From: Catajapyx aquilonaris
Taxonomy: Eukaryota
NCBI GenBank assembly: GCA_000934665.2
Contig: KZ538305.1
Location: 1 to 64,000, forward strand
Length of the DNA stretch: 64,000 nt
Reading direction: 5' to 3'
Part shown: one piece after another, positions 14,519 to 26,190 of the stretch
How positions within the stretch are numbered: position 1 is the stretch's first letter
Layout: the number at the start of each line of letters is the position of its first letter
The notes under the pieces: generated by a model
The model's input: the letters and a program-made list of their open reading frames with translations, nothing else
Database searches by the model: none
Told to the model about the DNA's origin: nothing
Made by a program: the position numbers and the translations under genes

Positions 14519-15220
14519 CGGGGTCATCGAAAAAGAATGCGCCGATTTAAAAACCCTATAACTCGAAAACCTGTAGACATATCTAAATGATTTAAGTTTT
14601 GATATGCTAATGAAGATCTAAAGTTTTGGTCTTACTATAGTTTGTTTCGATGTGAGCTCCATTTGTCGCTTGAAAATGTAAATACGGTAATAGGTGTTGT
14701 GACTGACCTGTTCAGACATGTCTGGCGTTACCTGTGCAGTATTTCCCCGTAGGTGATGGAGATGCCGAATCTTTTCACCATACATGTACGAGTCGTGTCT
14801 CCACAAAAAAATCAATTGGGGTAAGACCTGGGCTTCTGGGAGGGCAAGGCATTGGGTAACTTCTCATTCTACACTTCTCACACTGGGAGGCTGAACAAAT
14901 GAAACTTCCTATACGGCAGGTTTGTTTCATGGATGGGGGCGACTTTTTATTAGAATCTTCAAGAACAATGTGTGTGGTGTAAATATCCATCATATCCAGC
15001 ACCTACGGATAGGATTACAACGGTAACTCCAGAAATGATTGAGCGGGCTTGGAACAAGACCGAATGCCACCTTTAACTCTGCCAAGCGCCAAATGAAGCT
15101 CACATTAAAACGAAATAAAGTGAGACCAAAACTTTAGACCTTTCTTAGCATTTCAAAACTTAAATCATTCAGATATGTCTGCAAGGTTTCGAGTTATAGG
15201 GGTTTAAAATAGGCGCATTC
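14519..15220. mobile_element. Decayed Tc1/mariner derivative with long inverted arms
   Basis: TA|CGGGGTCATCG left end. Inverted arms at about 14540-14755 and 15000-15220. The minus strand gives PPRSPGLTPIDFF..LWRH..HLRGNTAQVTPDM..ATNGAHIE (frameshifted DDD/E transposase C-terminus). The right terminus is cut off by the LINE fragment. Confidence 0.8.
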
Positions 15221-16617
15221 CCCCATTTGTCCACATCATTGACGTATACCCCTATAATCTTCCAAGTCAAACACTTGTCCTTAAAAACAATGAGAACTCC
15301 CTGTTCCTTTTCCGTCACTGATATTTTAAATCCCCTTCTCCATCCTACAACAATCCCACCTTTAGCTCTCCCCCACTTGCACTCTCTTGTAGCCCCTTTA
15401 CAATACCATTCCCATGATTGAGACAAACCCCACTTCCACTTATCAAAAACAATTTTTTCCATCCATGTCTCTTCTAAAATTACCAAATCAAAAACATTGA
15501 TATATTCCCAAAACTCAGTTCCCTTGCTAAGTAGACCTGCAATATTCCAAGATAGCAATTTAAAATCCTCACCCATAATCTTACTATTGCAGCCCTCTTT
15601 GAGCACCCCCCTACCATCATCTCTTCACAATACTCTTTCCCATCTTCTTCCTCCTCCAGTTACAGCACTCTCGCCTCTTCTCCGTCCACCCAACTGCAAC
15701 TCATCTCCAAGCAACATTCTCCCTCCTCCTCCTCCTCCTCCTCCTCCTCCTCCAACATTCTCTCCTCCTCTACATCCATCCAACTGTAGCTCCCCTTCAT
15801 GTTTCTTCCTGTCCAATACCACATCCGCTTTCTCTCCATCCCATCTATACCAAATTCCATCACATATTATCTTGTCCATTTTTACAGAGCAGGATTTCCC
15901 CGAGGCCCTCCACATTTTAGCCACCTGGAACAACTGTCTTCTCACCTCTCGGGTCTCCAAAGAAAAATCTTTATCCACATATACACTGCTTCCTTTCAAC
16001 CGAATCTTCTCCCGCATCATCTTCTCCCGCTCCTTCCCATCACTATCAAACTTACAAACAATCTTCCGATCTCTACCTGGGGTCTTTGGCCCAACTCGAT
16101 GAGCCCTGGAGATGGACTTGAGCACCCACCCCATCCTCTCCTTGACCATCTCTTTCAGCTTCTCCTCTGTCCTAGTCCAGTCCTCTCCCACCTCCTCTGG
16201 TATTCCAGAGATAACAAGATTATCCCTTCTACTTCGATTCTCCAAGTCCACCAATTTCTTCCAGACCACATCCCTCTCCTTTCTCACTCCTGAGACCTCA
16301 TTCCTAAGTTGGTCGACCTCCTGCTCCAGCTTTACCGCTCTCTGTTCCCATCGTTCTTCCATGTCATGCATCGACTTCTGCAGATGAGCCACCTCCCTGG
16401 ACATCCACTCATCGATCTTCCTGAAATCTGCAAACAGGCCCTCCATCTTCTCCATCACCTGAGCCATCATAGCTTTCAGCCCTCCTAAAGAACAGCTATC
16501 CTCTTCGTCACCTTCTCTACCATCAGAGCTGGTTTTTTGTTGCCTGCTACTCCCTGCCCCACCAGTTGCTCCAAGTTTGGCCTTGCTAGATATCTGACTT
16601 GCTATTCGATCAACCAT
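15221..16617 (-). mobile_element. Non-LTR retrotransposon (LINE) fragment: complete ORF1 (16617-15625) and N-terminal AP-endonuclease of ORF2 (about 15576-15221), 3'-truncated
   Basis: ORF1 (330 aa) has a coiled coil followed by DLENRSRRDNLVISGIPE...RAHRVG...IVCKF...VYVDKDFS..TR..RR.L, the L1-like RRM/CTD pattern. ORF2 reads LLSWNIAGL...DLVILEETW...GRAKGGIVV...IIGVYV (APE motifs). No RT domain is present. Confidence 0.9.
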
Positions 16618-16682
16618 GCCTCCACTCTCTTGGCAAAAAACATCTATTTTTGACTGGCCTACATCAACCCAATGGTATAGTA

Positions 16683-16911
16683 CAGTGGTTTCCCACCTTT
16701 TACCAACTGCGACCCACTAAACATGTTTCCATGAATGTGTGACCCCCCCGCCACAATCCCCCTCCCTCCGGCCCCTTCTACAACTGACCCATTTCCAGAA
16801 AACATACACTCTGTACGGCCGCAAAAATGGTTCAATTGACACAGAAATTGCAAAAAAAAGTTGAACAAAGGCTCGCGACCCTGCCGGCGACCCCCTGGTT
16901 GTAAACCACTG
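16683..16911. mobile_element. hAT (Charlie-like) MITE
   Basis: TIRs CAGTGGTTTCCCACC / GGTTGTAAACCACTG, internal GCGACCC motifs, and an 8-bp TSD GTATAGTA (16675-16682) / GTATAGTG (16912-16919). Confidence 0.85.
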
Positions 16912-17372
16912 GTATAGTGACTGAGTAAATTGTTAGGCCTATCGACTTTCTGAGAGCCGGACGATTCTAAAAAGTTTATTTCCGTGACACCCTGTAGATG
17001 AATTTTTCCCCGGGATTTAAATGCTTAATTTTGGCGCAAAGTTGTTCTTCATTAATATCACTCCTACATCAAATTTTGAACAAAAAGAAGGAAATAAACA
17101 GCCCAAAAACCTGCCAATTGTTGGTTCCCAGTTGTGCCAACTCAATAACATTTACTGACTGTATAGTGATGTAAACAACCTGCCAGTTGGCACAACTGGA
17201 AAACCAACAATATATACATTCCAGGCTGATTGGAACGTGGGGAGATTTGCACCCCTCCTTCTTACGTTCGATTCTACGCATTCGACGATAGTCAGTTTCC
17301 GACACTACACCGAAAGAAGTGCCTCGAAGACAGTGTACTGCACTTCCCATCTGTGAAAGCACCGCATGGGAA

Positions 17373-17606
17373 GTCAAGTATGTGGGACATTCACCGAATC
17401 AATTAGGATACAGTACCTGCGGCTTGCCGACCCTTTCATTCGTTGTTTTGCTTCTGGGTTTGAAGTCGGGGAAGTGACTAGAGACCCCGGAATTAATTCC
17501 TCAAGCTTGACCAGAATACAGATGGGATCATTGTCATCTGTTAGGTCGAATCGTAAGTTGCTGGGTTACGAACAAATTGATTCGGTGAATGTCCCGTATA
17601 CTTGAC
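17373..17606. repeat. 32-bp inverted repeat pair (possible MITE)
   Basis: GTCAAGTATGTGGGACATTCACCGAATCAATT (17373-17404) matches the reverse complement of 17575-17606 with 2 mismatches. No clear TSD. Confidence 0.65.
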
Positions 17607-18431
17607 ATGAGCCACCAGCGCACCGCTGCGAGGGGGGGCAGGGAGGGTGGGTGGGGAAGGGGAAAAGGTCCGGCAGGTGACGATGACGGCGGGAGAGACG
17701 AAAAAAGCGACCTTCGCCCTCGGAGGTCAACATGCAACTGTACGTGTCCCACCCCCCATTGCGCAATGCTCGGAGCGGTGGCCAATCGGAGGCGTCATGG
17801 TAGCAATACGTCTTCAATACGTCGCAGCAACAACGGACGNAAATCAGAGGGCTCGGTCATAGTCCGCAAGAATTTTAATACAGTGTGATTATCTCGAATG
17901 GAAACCCAAACATTCCTCAATAACCTTTTAACTATGGTATGGTTCCCGATGAAAATTGCCATGTACTTACCTTGTATCATGCCAAACAAGGTCTGACTAA
18001 AGAATATACCAAAAGTGGTCCCCTCCAGCATCCAAAAAATTTTAAATGCGAGTCTGCATATTGCCGAAGACTCCTGCGTATTCCCGGCGGGGATTGCCCT
18101 CATCCCCGCCGGCCAGCCTATCTGGCTGGCGGACATCTCAAGGCAACGGGCCCGATGCCTTGAGATGCTATAGGTCTCTAGGTCTATAGGCCTCTATAGG
18201 TCAAATGTCACAATAGTTATTATGAATAATTCATGGGCACCAAAATTGTAGCGCTATGATTCATATTTACCTCGCTGGACACTGACAAGTGAGTAGTGAA
18301 ATGCACTTTTTCGGGCTGCGCGGTTTTTGCACTGCCAGAAAATTAAGTCAAACTTATTTGGCCAGCACAATACCACATGCCAAGTTCAAAAGCAATAAAA
18401 AATAAAGGTGACCTCTGTGGGTGATCTCTCC

Positions 18432-18464
<33 letters not shown>

Positions 18465-18648
18465 TATAACCAATATTTTTAATGAAGCACACACTAATGA
18501 AGCTTCTGCAGCCAGTGAAAGGTAGAGTGACGTCAAAATGGGAAGCAGTGTCCTCAATTTTTTATTATTATAATTCTGACGCTCTGTCGAATGATCTGTC
18601 TACACACGTGAGCTGTGGAACACGATGTGCATCGGTTTTTACTACACT

Positions 18649-21600
18649 TTAAGCGCCAATGTTAATTTTTTCAGCGACCTCAACGTCCACTCCTTTGGCC
18701 AAGCCTTTCCCCCTCATGCGGCCGAAATTCATGGAGCACCCGCGGAAGCAGGCCATAATGATGTCCAGGAAAGACGTATCGGAGTTGTACACTGGACAGA
18801 CGGGGGACTGGGACGTCCAGCTAAAGTTTCTGAAAGCAGCGAAAAATCAAGATTAGTCATAATTTAATACAAGGCCTGGTCTTCAGAAATGAACTATTCT
18901 GGCGGATCCTAACTTTAGGATGAAGGAGACCCCCACGGGCAGGGCGTAAGGACTGCTGTGCACCAGTTCTTCCATGGTTTCGCCAGAACTGGACTTCACC
19001 TTCCACATCTGTAGACCACGTTCTTCATCAGTTCCTACCGAACAGAATGCAATGTTATAATCCATACGATGCGACTTGAACGAAAAAGTGATTCCAAGTG
19101 AACCAAAAGAACAATGTTTTCAAAAACACAAAAGCGTTAATATGCAGAAAAAATGGCGGACAATATGCAGGAATGCTCGAAACACCTGCCTGGAACTGTG
19201 TTGTCCAAAATGATTGCCAGCAGGACCGACAAATCCGATGGAGAGGTCAAGATGTGGAAGGTCAGGTCGTCTAAGAACCACTGTCCTGTTGTGAGGTAAG
19301 CTTTTTGTGTCTTGTTCAACAGCATTTCCGGTAACGCCTGCGCACATAAGCAGTGAAGTAAAATACAAGTAAGCTTACCAGTTGGTAGATGGACTCGACG
19401 TGAACTCGAAATGAAAATATGAAAAGGACAGCTGAAGTAAATAAGTAACGGGCCCAGGAAAATTTACTAACCCATGCTTAGATTTAATCCTAATAATCCC
19501 CTGCAACATTACTACTCATTTATGGACCCTGCCTGCATACCAATTTTCAAGCACACAGAATCTTGCAGTTTAGTACTAACCATTGATATGGCCACGGTGA
19601 TTCCTATGATGGACCTGTTGCGCAGTGAATTCATGTCCAGGAAGTAAAAGTAGTAGAGTGCTGTGGAGAAGGTAGGAATAAGCAGAATAGTATTTGGACA
19701 CTTCAGGAGACTACTGACCTTGGGAAAGGTTGAGAATGAGGGTGACGCAGAAGATGGCGGTCAGCAGTGGGAATGGAATGGAGGTGAGGAAGTAGATAAT
19801 CTTGGGCGAGCAGCCTGAGAGCATAGTGAGTACGCCCACGGCGAAACCGAACCGACGGGCACCCAGCCCGGTCAAGGTGACTACAGGTCCCGAGATCTTG
19901 TAGGCCCCGATAGCCCCGATGCACCCGAAGAGCCCGCTGATGGCGGCTATCAGGTTGTACACCACGGCTGACCGGTTGATTGCATCTGCCGGGGGGTTCG
20001 GTATCCCCATGTAGGAGGCGGCCAGGTTCAGAGAAAAGGTGCTCTCGATGCAGTTGGAGATTGAGTTCAGGAACAACTTCCACATGGACCTCATACCCGG
20101 GAATATGGGCGAACCGAATGCTCCTGTGGGGGATACACGTGCGGAAGAGGATGAGTTAACACAGTGGTCCAAGCATTTGAGTAGGTCGTTATCAAAACCA
20201 GGCTACCTTCTTTCAATCGAACACTTAAAAAAAAAAAAAAAAAAAAAACAGCAGCAGCAGCAGCAATTTCAGATATAGTGAGTCTCTTCACAGCGCAGGT
20301 TACCTTGCCCAATGGGAATTGGACCCGAGGTGAAAACGTTCCATATGCAGCGTGTTCCCGAATTCGTCTGACAAAATGGTGGTAGGGGGGTGCGTATGGC
20401 GAAAAGGCATGGCATGGGTCCGAAAAGCCGGCGACGCTGCGTCTAGACAGTGTAGACATCGACGATGTGTATCCTTACAAGTATGGATACTCCCGTGCAT
20501 GCCTGCATTGCAGGTTGCCAGAATCAGGTGGTTGAGCAATGATCTGGTGGTGCGAGTGCCTGGCCCCGCAACCAGCAATGCAGGTATGTACGGGGCTATC
20601 CGTACTTGTCAGGATACACATCGTTGACGTCAATGTCATCGTCGACCTTTCGAACCCATGCCATTCTTCTTCCATACGCACCTCCTACCACCCGTATCAT
20701 TTTGGCAGACGAATTCGAGAACACGCTGTATTGGGAATACAAATTTAGCATTGAGTAACCAGGAATTAACACTTTTGAAAAAGTAAGGTACCCTGGTTTT
20801 GATAATGACCTACTCAATTTTGCTGGGAGCTGGTCAGGAAAGGATTTGATCATTGCCTGGAACAGGGAAACTTATTGTGGGTATGTCCTTCGAATCGTCT
20901 GCTGGAGGGCCAATAATATCTCCTGCTTGAGTGACGGTGTCTGTTGGGACAATCCAGCCACCAACGTTCCAAGTCAGGTATCCCAATGACGTTGTGATGA
21001 GTATCTAAACAATAATTAATTTTAATAATGTTGACCAAGATCAATACACTATTTGTACAGTGCTGGACATAATTATTAGCAGTCCCAGTTCCGCCAATGC
21101 CAAAAAACAAACATTTAGGGACTGCTAATATGTCCAGCACTGTAGTGTACATCATTTTTAGAATTGAGGCCGTGATTGAGTTACAACGTGCGGCGGAAGC
21201 GAAGTTTTTGACTCATCATTTATTAAGACTCCAAATATGGATTCTGTATTATTTTGAAGTTTGATGCCAATTATTCCAATGGGCTACACTTTGTAATCGG
21301 GAAGCTGCAAGTCAGAGCTACGACACATGATTAAATTCGGCCAAACTACTAAAAATGTGTGCAGTAACAACTACTGTTTAATGACAAGCAACGTAGTTGG
21401 TGTCAAAAATAATACAAAAGCAATCGGGGACAAGTATATTTCTGATCACCACGTATAATCCATGTCAGAACATAATCGGGCATATAAAATAATCAAGGCA
21501 CTTTACAACCACCAATGGCTGGTGTGCTGAGACAGAAATACAAATGTTCCCTTAACCATCACGCCTTGCTAGAGTGCTGGTGGTCATACAGCGGCAGAGT

Positions 21601-24600
21601 ACGTTTGTTTCAAACTGTTTCGACATACACGCAAGTGATGTTCGTTTCTGAATAAGTTCTTACTAACGCCATATCCCAAAGTAGGATGCTGTTACAGTAG
21701 TTTATTTCTGGCCGTAGTAAATAGGTTTCATGCACCCGAGAAGGAAGCGAGTTTGTTTATGCCAGCTGGTGGGCACAAGCGCAAATTAAATAAATGCCGG
21801 TAAAGTCCCTTTGCGGAGAAAGAATTTAACGTTGAAGAGAAGGAAAACGCTTTCGTAAAAACTGATTATGTAAACGCAGTTAGGGTGTTTCCTGTAACTC
21901 TGTAAAGACTTGCAGGAGTAATAGAGGAGACCACGACAAGTATTTTTGTCATATAGGAACCCATGTCCGGAAACGCCATCTAGAGGGGGTTCATAGACGA
22001 GGAACGGGTGCACTCAGACGCTTCACGCAGGAGGGGTAGGCGAGCGGACTGTTTTGTTGATAGATGGCGCGCAGTAGTTGCCAGGTTCGTTGTAAGCAAA
22101 CAACGACGCGATGAACCATAACCTGGAAACAACAGAACCGTTGTTTACTCTCTGCTCGTCTCCTAGGAGGCGGACTTCAGTTGCTAGATGGCTCTGCTGT
22201 TGCCAGGTTATGGCACATCGCATCGGTGTCTACTATCCGAGCGCCATCTATCAACAAAACAGTCCGCTCGCTAGCTAACGCCGCCGCCCGCCTGACGCGT
22301 CTGAGCGCACCCGTTCTTTGTCTATGAACCCCCTCTTGATGGCGTTTCCGGACACGGTTGACGGTTTCATATGTCAAATATGTTTGTCTTGGTCCCCTCT
22401 ATTACCCCTACAAGTTTTGTCGGTTGAATTCAGAAACTCCCTGTATAAATCCCCCTGACGAGGATATAGGAGGGTATAGGAGGAGGAGGAGGAGGATGGA
22501 AAAGATTTCGCACTTCCCAGCGTCACAGAGATCTCGGAGTTACACCGTTTGATTCCTTGCAAATCGAGTACATTTTAGTATGTCTTCTGGAAAATGTCGC
22601 TTATATTTCGTTGTTTGCGAGACATATTGAAATTTTTCGGACTGTTATTTATTTTCATTTGTTTTGGCGACGCACGGATAATCTGCACCCGGATAATCGG
22701 GAGTTCAGTGTAGTCCTACTCGAATAATCAAAATAGGTTGTAACGCTATAGTGAGGTACGTGGGGTTTGAGGACAGAGCGGTGAATTTATTACGGTTATA
22801 AATAAGCGTATTAAAGTAGAGCTGCCTTCAATGCCCCCATGTACCATTTAAAAAATCGTTACCGAAAACATGTAGAAGATTCGAACACGTCTGACACGAA
22901 ACCCTTCCTTGGGATGGGGAACCATCACTGGAATGTGGAAGTGGCCGAGTATGAAGGCAACGAATCCTAGTACGCCGATGAACCTGAAACAGCATTTAAA
23001 ATGTCGTGAATAAGCATACAATGAAGGCCTCCAAGTTGTAATATGATTATGATGGTGATGAGTGCAGCCGCAGCAATCAGCCTCTCCACAGAAAAAAAGC
23101 ATGTGGGATGAACCCTACTAAGAAACACAGAAGCAACAATCAAGGCCACATTTACTGTTGTCGTGACTGCCATTTGCAGGCTGAAATAATCTGTAACTTC
23201 TTCGTCTAACACTCTACACCATCATGTTGCACTGGGGCCTATATGAGTGTATCATTATCACCTTGTACTGTACGTATGTATGCCATTGCACGACGCCATA
23301 TTTGTCAATATGAACGTGAATCCGATACCAATTACAGTACAATATGGTTAATGCATATTTTGCGTTGAAATATCTGGACTCTAAAAGATATATAGATTAA
23401 AAGATAATGGGCTGTTCTTCCATAATAATTGCAAGTTGACAGAGACATGAATACATGATGTCTTACATGAACATGAAGTAGGTGTTGCTTCCGTCCGTCA
23501 TTTTCCCGATTTCACTCGAGGTTTTTGCTGAATGTATGATTAGAAGAAGCGACAACACCAGTGGAGAGAAGGCCTTCTGAAGCAAGCCCACCAGACCTGC
23601 AATAGAAGTGATGAATATTAACAACCAATACAACGCTCCGATTTGCTATTTTGTCGCCAACGGCTCGTGGCGCCACCAGTACGACACCATTAATGTCTAG
23701 CACTAGACGCACATTTCTCGGTCAATTTACCCCCCTTCCCTTCCCGATTTTATTAGTGCTTGTTTTCCTCTTGCAAGCAATGTTTTATCTCTTCAATTCC
23801 CATTGAGCCTGTTTATCTAAATGCTCAAAGCTCGATAAACTGTTCAAAGCTACAGACCGTCTCATCACGTGACCCTTGTTCGGATTCAATTCATGAAAAT
23901 GGGTTTCTTTCATGAAAATAACTAAGAAATGCCAATATTCTCGCTGAGACTTGAAACCCCCCGAACATAATGCACTGACGCAACTTCCCACTAATATATC
24001 TTGACTCTTCCGTGGATCTGTTGCTATCTGGTAACAGAAAGTTTCTAATTCATCTGACATAACTGATAACATAATGACAAGAAGGCATCTACCACCCCAC
24101 AATACGCGACTTCATTTTTGCATCATGTCGCTGCTGTTCCCGTGGAATTACCTTTAACGCAGTCCGTAAGGGGCCCTATCCTCGGCGAGAAAAACACATG
24201 ATGTAGCCTAATATAAAACAAGATTGCCAAATCACGCGAGCGTAATAATTCAAGTATGCCTTTTCTCATTAATTTTGGGCAGCGGCAATGAGGCTGACAA
24301 CATTCTACGTCATTATTGTCGGATTTGAATCGCATAGTGTCGTATACATGTTGTCATTGATGTGACGTTGGACATTACGTCCGAAATACGGAGTTCTTCA
24401 TTCTGACATGCACCTAATATAATTTTAACTCAAACGATCCGGTTGGGTGATTTATCCAGTGACGTCATCGTCAACCCAAAATTCGACTCAACTACGCAGA
24501 ACCGATTATTATTTGGTCAGGCGTTTAAAGCCGTTAAAAGTTTAAACCAACTGTTTTTCGAGTGTATACCTAGGACTCCCCAGATGAAGCGCATGATTCC

Positions 24601-25627
24601 GATGGATATCACGACTCCTTGCCAGATGTTCATGCGGTGTCTGAATCGAGACTCGGCGATGTGATGAAGCGTGGGGTTCAACCTCAGGGTGTCACAGGGG
24701 GTGGCATTGAAAGGGCCGTCGAGTGATTCAGCCTCGGCCAGCACCACCTGATTGTTGCCACCCATTTCGCCGAGGAGCGGCCCTAATACGACAGGCAACC
24801 TGCATGGACCAAATTCACGTCGAAATATTTTGCTAGTAAGCTTATATACAGCACTGTACTTGTGACGGCGGCGATCCACTCACCTGCTTCCGATGAAGTT
24901 GTCCACCAGCATCGCGAATCCCGAGAATAAGAACGTAGAGGATGTGTATTGCATCATAGTGGTGATATCAGGAGGACACATGAACTTATTGATGAGGCTG
25001 AACACAACATTATAAGTCATGGCACTAACGATAAAGCCCTGAAATAACCAGGCAATAAACATCATGTTAATATAACCGCGTCATTACAAAGTGAGTGAAG
25101 TCGATTCACCTGAAATCCCGCGAGGAGCGTGAAGATAAATGATGCAGAGTCCTCAAAGTTGTAGAGAAGAAATCTTTTCTGTCCATCGATGAGATAAGCC
25201 GCTCGTGCACTCTTGTGGGTGTCAACGCTCGTAATGGATCTCTGGTCCGCCTAACAGGTTCGGGTGAAGAAACATGTGTCGGTAATCATCATCACGCAAT
25301 GGAATCTTGATTGGTACCAATCAAGATTCCAGAATTAGTTCATAAGTGACAGAAGCGAGACTTTTAAGAGCAAGGAAGAGACTTGTACTGTGTTGTGATT
25401 ATTATAATAAGCCTGTGTGTTAGCATTAGTCCAAACTTTTTCAGATGCGTGTTTGTTATTTTAACAAATGAAGGCAGTTCTTAGGATTTAAGTGATTTAT
25501 TCTACTCCCGGTAGCAATTAACACTTGGTGTCTGGTTATTGCTTCGTAAGCTACGCTGCTTTATTCCAGAAGGATACTGATGTATCCAGTGACTTACAGA
25601 ATCTTCGGATACCACAGACTTCCTCAT
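18649..25627 (-). CDS. Divergent SLC23 / nucleobase-ascorbate transporter (NAT/NCS2) family protein, 629 aa; exons 25627-25598, 25250-25110, 25038-24884, 24799-24570, 23596-23467, 22983-22863, 21004-20857, 20123-19719, 19660-19581, 19337-19190, 19034-18914, 18829-18649
   Basis: Phase-consistent open 1890-nt CDS that requires two GC-AG introns. Family motifs appear in order: LLYNFED..LAGFQ, STFLFSG..GSRLPVVLG, RMNIWQG, FSPLVL, IES..PPADAINR, SIPFPL, LDMNSLRN, LAIILDNTVPGTDEERGL..W, YALPVG, WTSQSPVCP. The first (10-aa) exon is the least certain. Confidence 0.88.
20162..20833. mobile_element. Fold-back (palindromic) MITE filling most of SLC23 intron 7
   Basis: Outer arms at about 20162-20216 and 20775-20833 (TTGAGTAGGTCRTTATCAAAACCAGG). 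Inner arms at about 20348-20518 and 20568-20728. The left end begins CAGTGG (Tc1-like). Confidence 0.75.
21881..22443. mobile_element. Tc1/mariner-type fold-back MITE in SLC23 intron 6
   Basis: Ends TAGGGTGTTTC...GAAACTCCCTG|TA. About 200-bp imperfect inverted arms, e.g. GTCCGGAAACGCCATC / GATGGCGTTTCCGGAC and GCGAGCGGACTGTTTTGTTGATAGATGGCGC / GCGCCATCTATCAACAAAACAGTCCGCTCGC. Confidence 0.8.
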
Positions 25628-26017
25628 GATGGCTGCTGGTGTGACGAATGCCCACCGACAATCAAGATTCTCGACGAGAGACAAGAACCGTCATCTCCCG
25701 GGAGACGCAACAGAGCTTCCAAGAAAACGCACTGTGGCATATTATTGCCATTGTCGACTGTGTAGAACTTGAACTGACAGTGAGTCTTCAATATTGTTGA
25801 CGTGATTGTTGAACTTTTGTTTGGAGGCTGTCAAGGTGGTCTCGGTCACAGTGGGCCGCCACTATCAGTTACTCATAAGTCTCGGATCAGGTATAATAAA
25901 ACCAGTGCGGGCGAGGTTTATAAGCTCATCTCGGAATAAACATGCCTGGGAGGGGGGAAAAGTGCACCTCAAGCCAGGGAATGTGGTGGCTCGACCAAGT
26001 TCAATTTCCTTTAAAAT

Positions 26018-26080
<63 letters not shown>

Positions 26081-26190
26081 TTTGATATCCCGTGCTGGAG
26101 CACGGTCAGGATCGCCGGCCCCGGGACTCGAACCCAGGACCTCCCGTTTAGCAGTCGGCCGTCTTATCCACTCCACCAACCTGCTTCGTT
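26018..26190 (-). mobile_element. tRNA-derived SINE with (AAAT)n tail
   Basis: Minus strand has an A-box-like TGGTGGAGTGG, a B-box GGTTCGAGTCC, a short body and an (AAAT)n tail. Exact 14-bp TSD ATTTCCTTTAAAAT at 26004-26017 and 26191-26204. Confidence 0.88.

Noticed and set aside
15497..16387. Plus-strand Pro/Ser-rich ORFs
   Set aside because: They are antisense to the purine-rich LINE ORF1.
18659..18867. Plus-strand ORFs as a convergent gene
   Set aside because: They are antisense shadows of the last SLC23 exon.
18883..18913. SLC23 ending at the TGA at 18883
   Set aside because: A donor at 18913 and a strong acceptor at 18830 add a further exon with the conserved W..xP.CP tail.
22967..23212. 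Hydrophobic 81-aa ORF as an SLC23 exon
   Set aside because: Exon 23596-23467 supplies this segment with better motif match and correct phases. This ORF has no compatible donor and is treated as intronic.
26100..26185. Functional tRNA-Ser(GCT) gene
   Set aside because: Poor acceptor stem, no long variable arm, and a tail plus TSD indicate a SINE.
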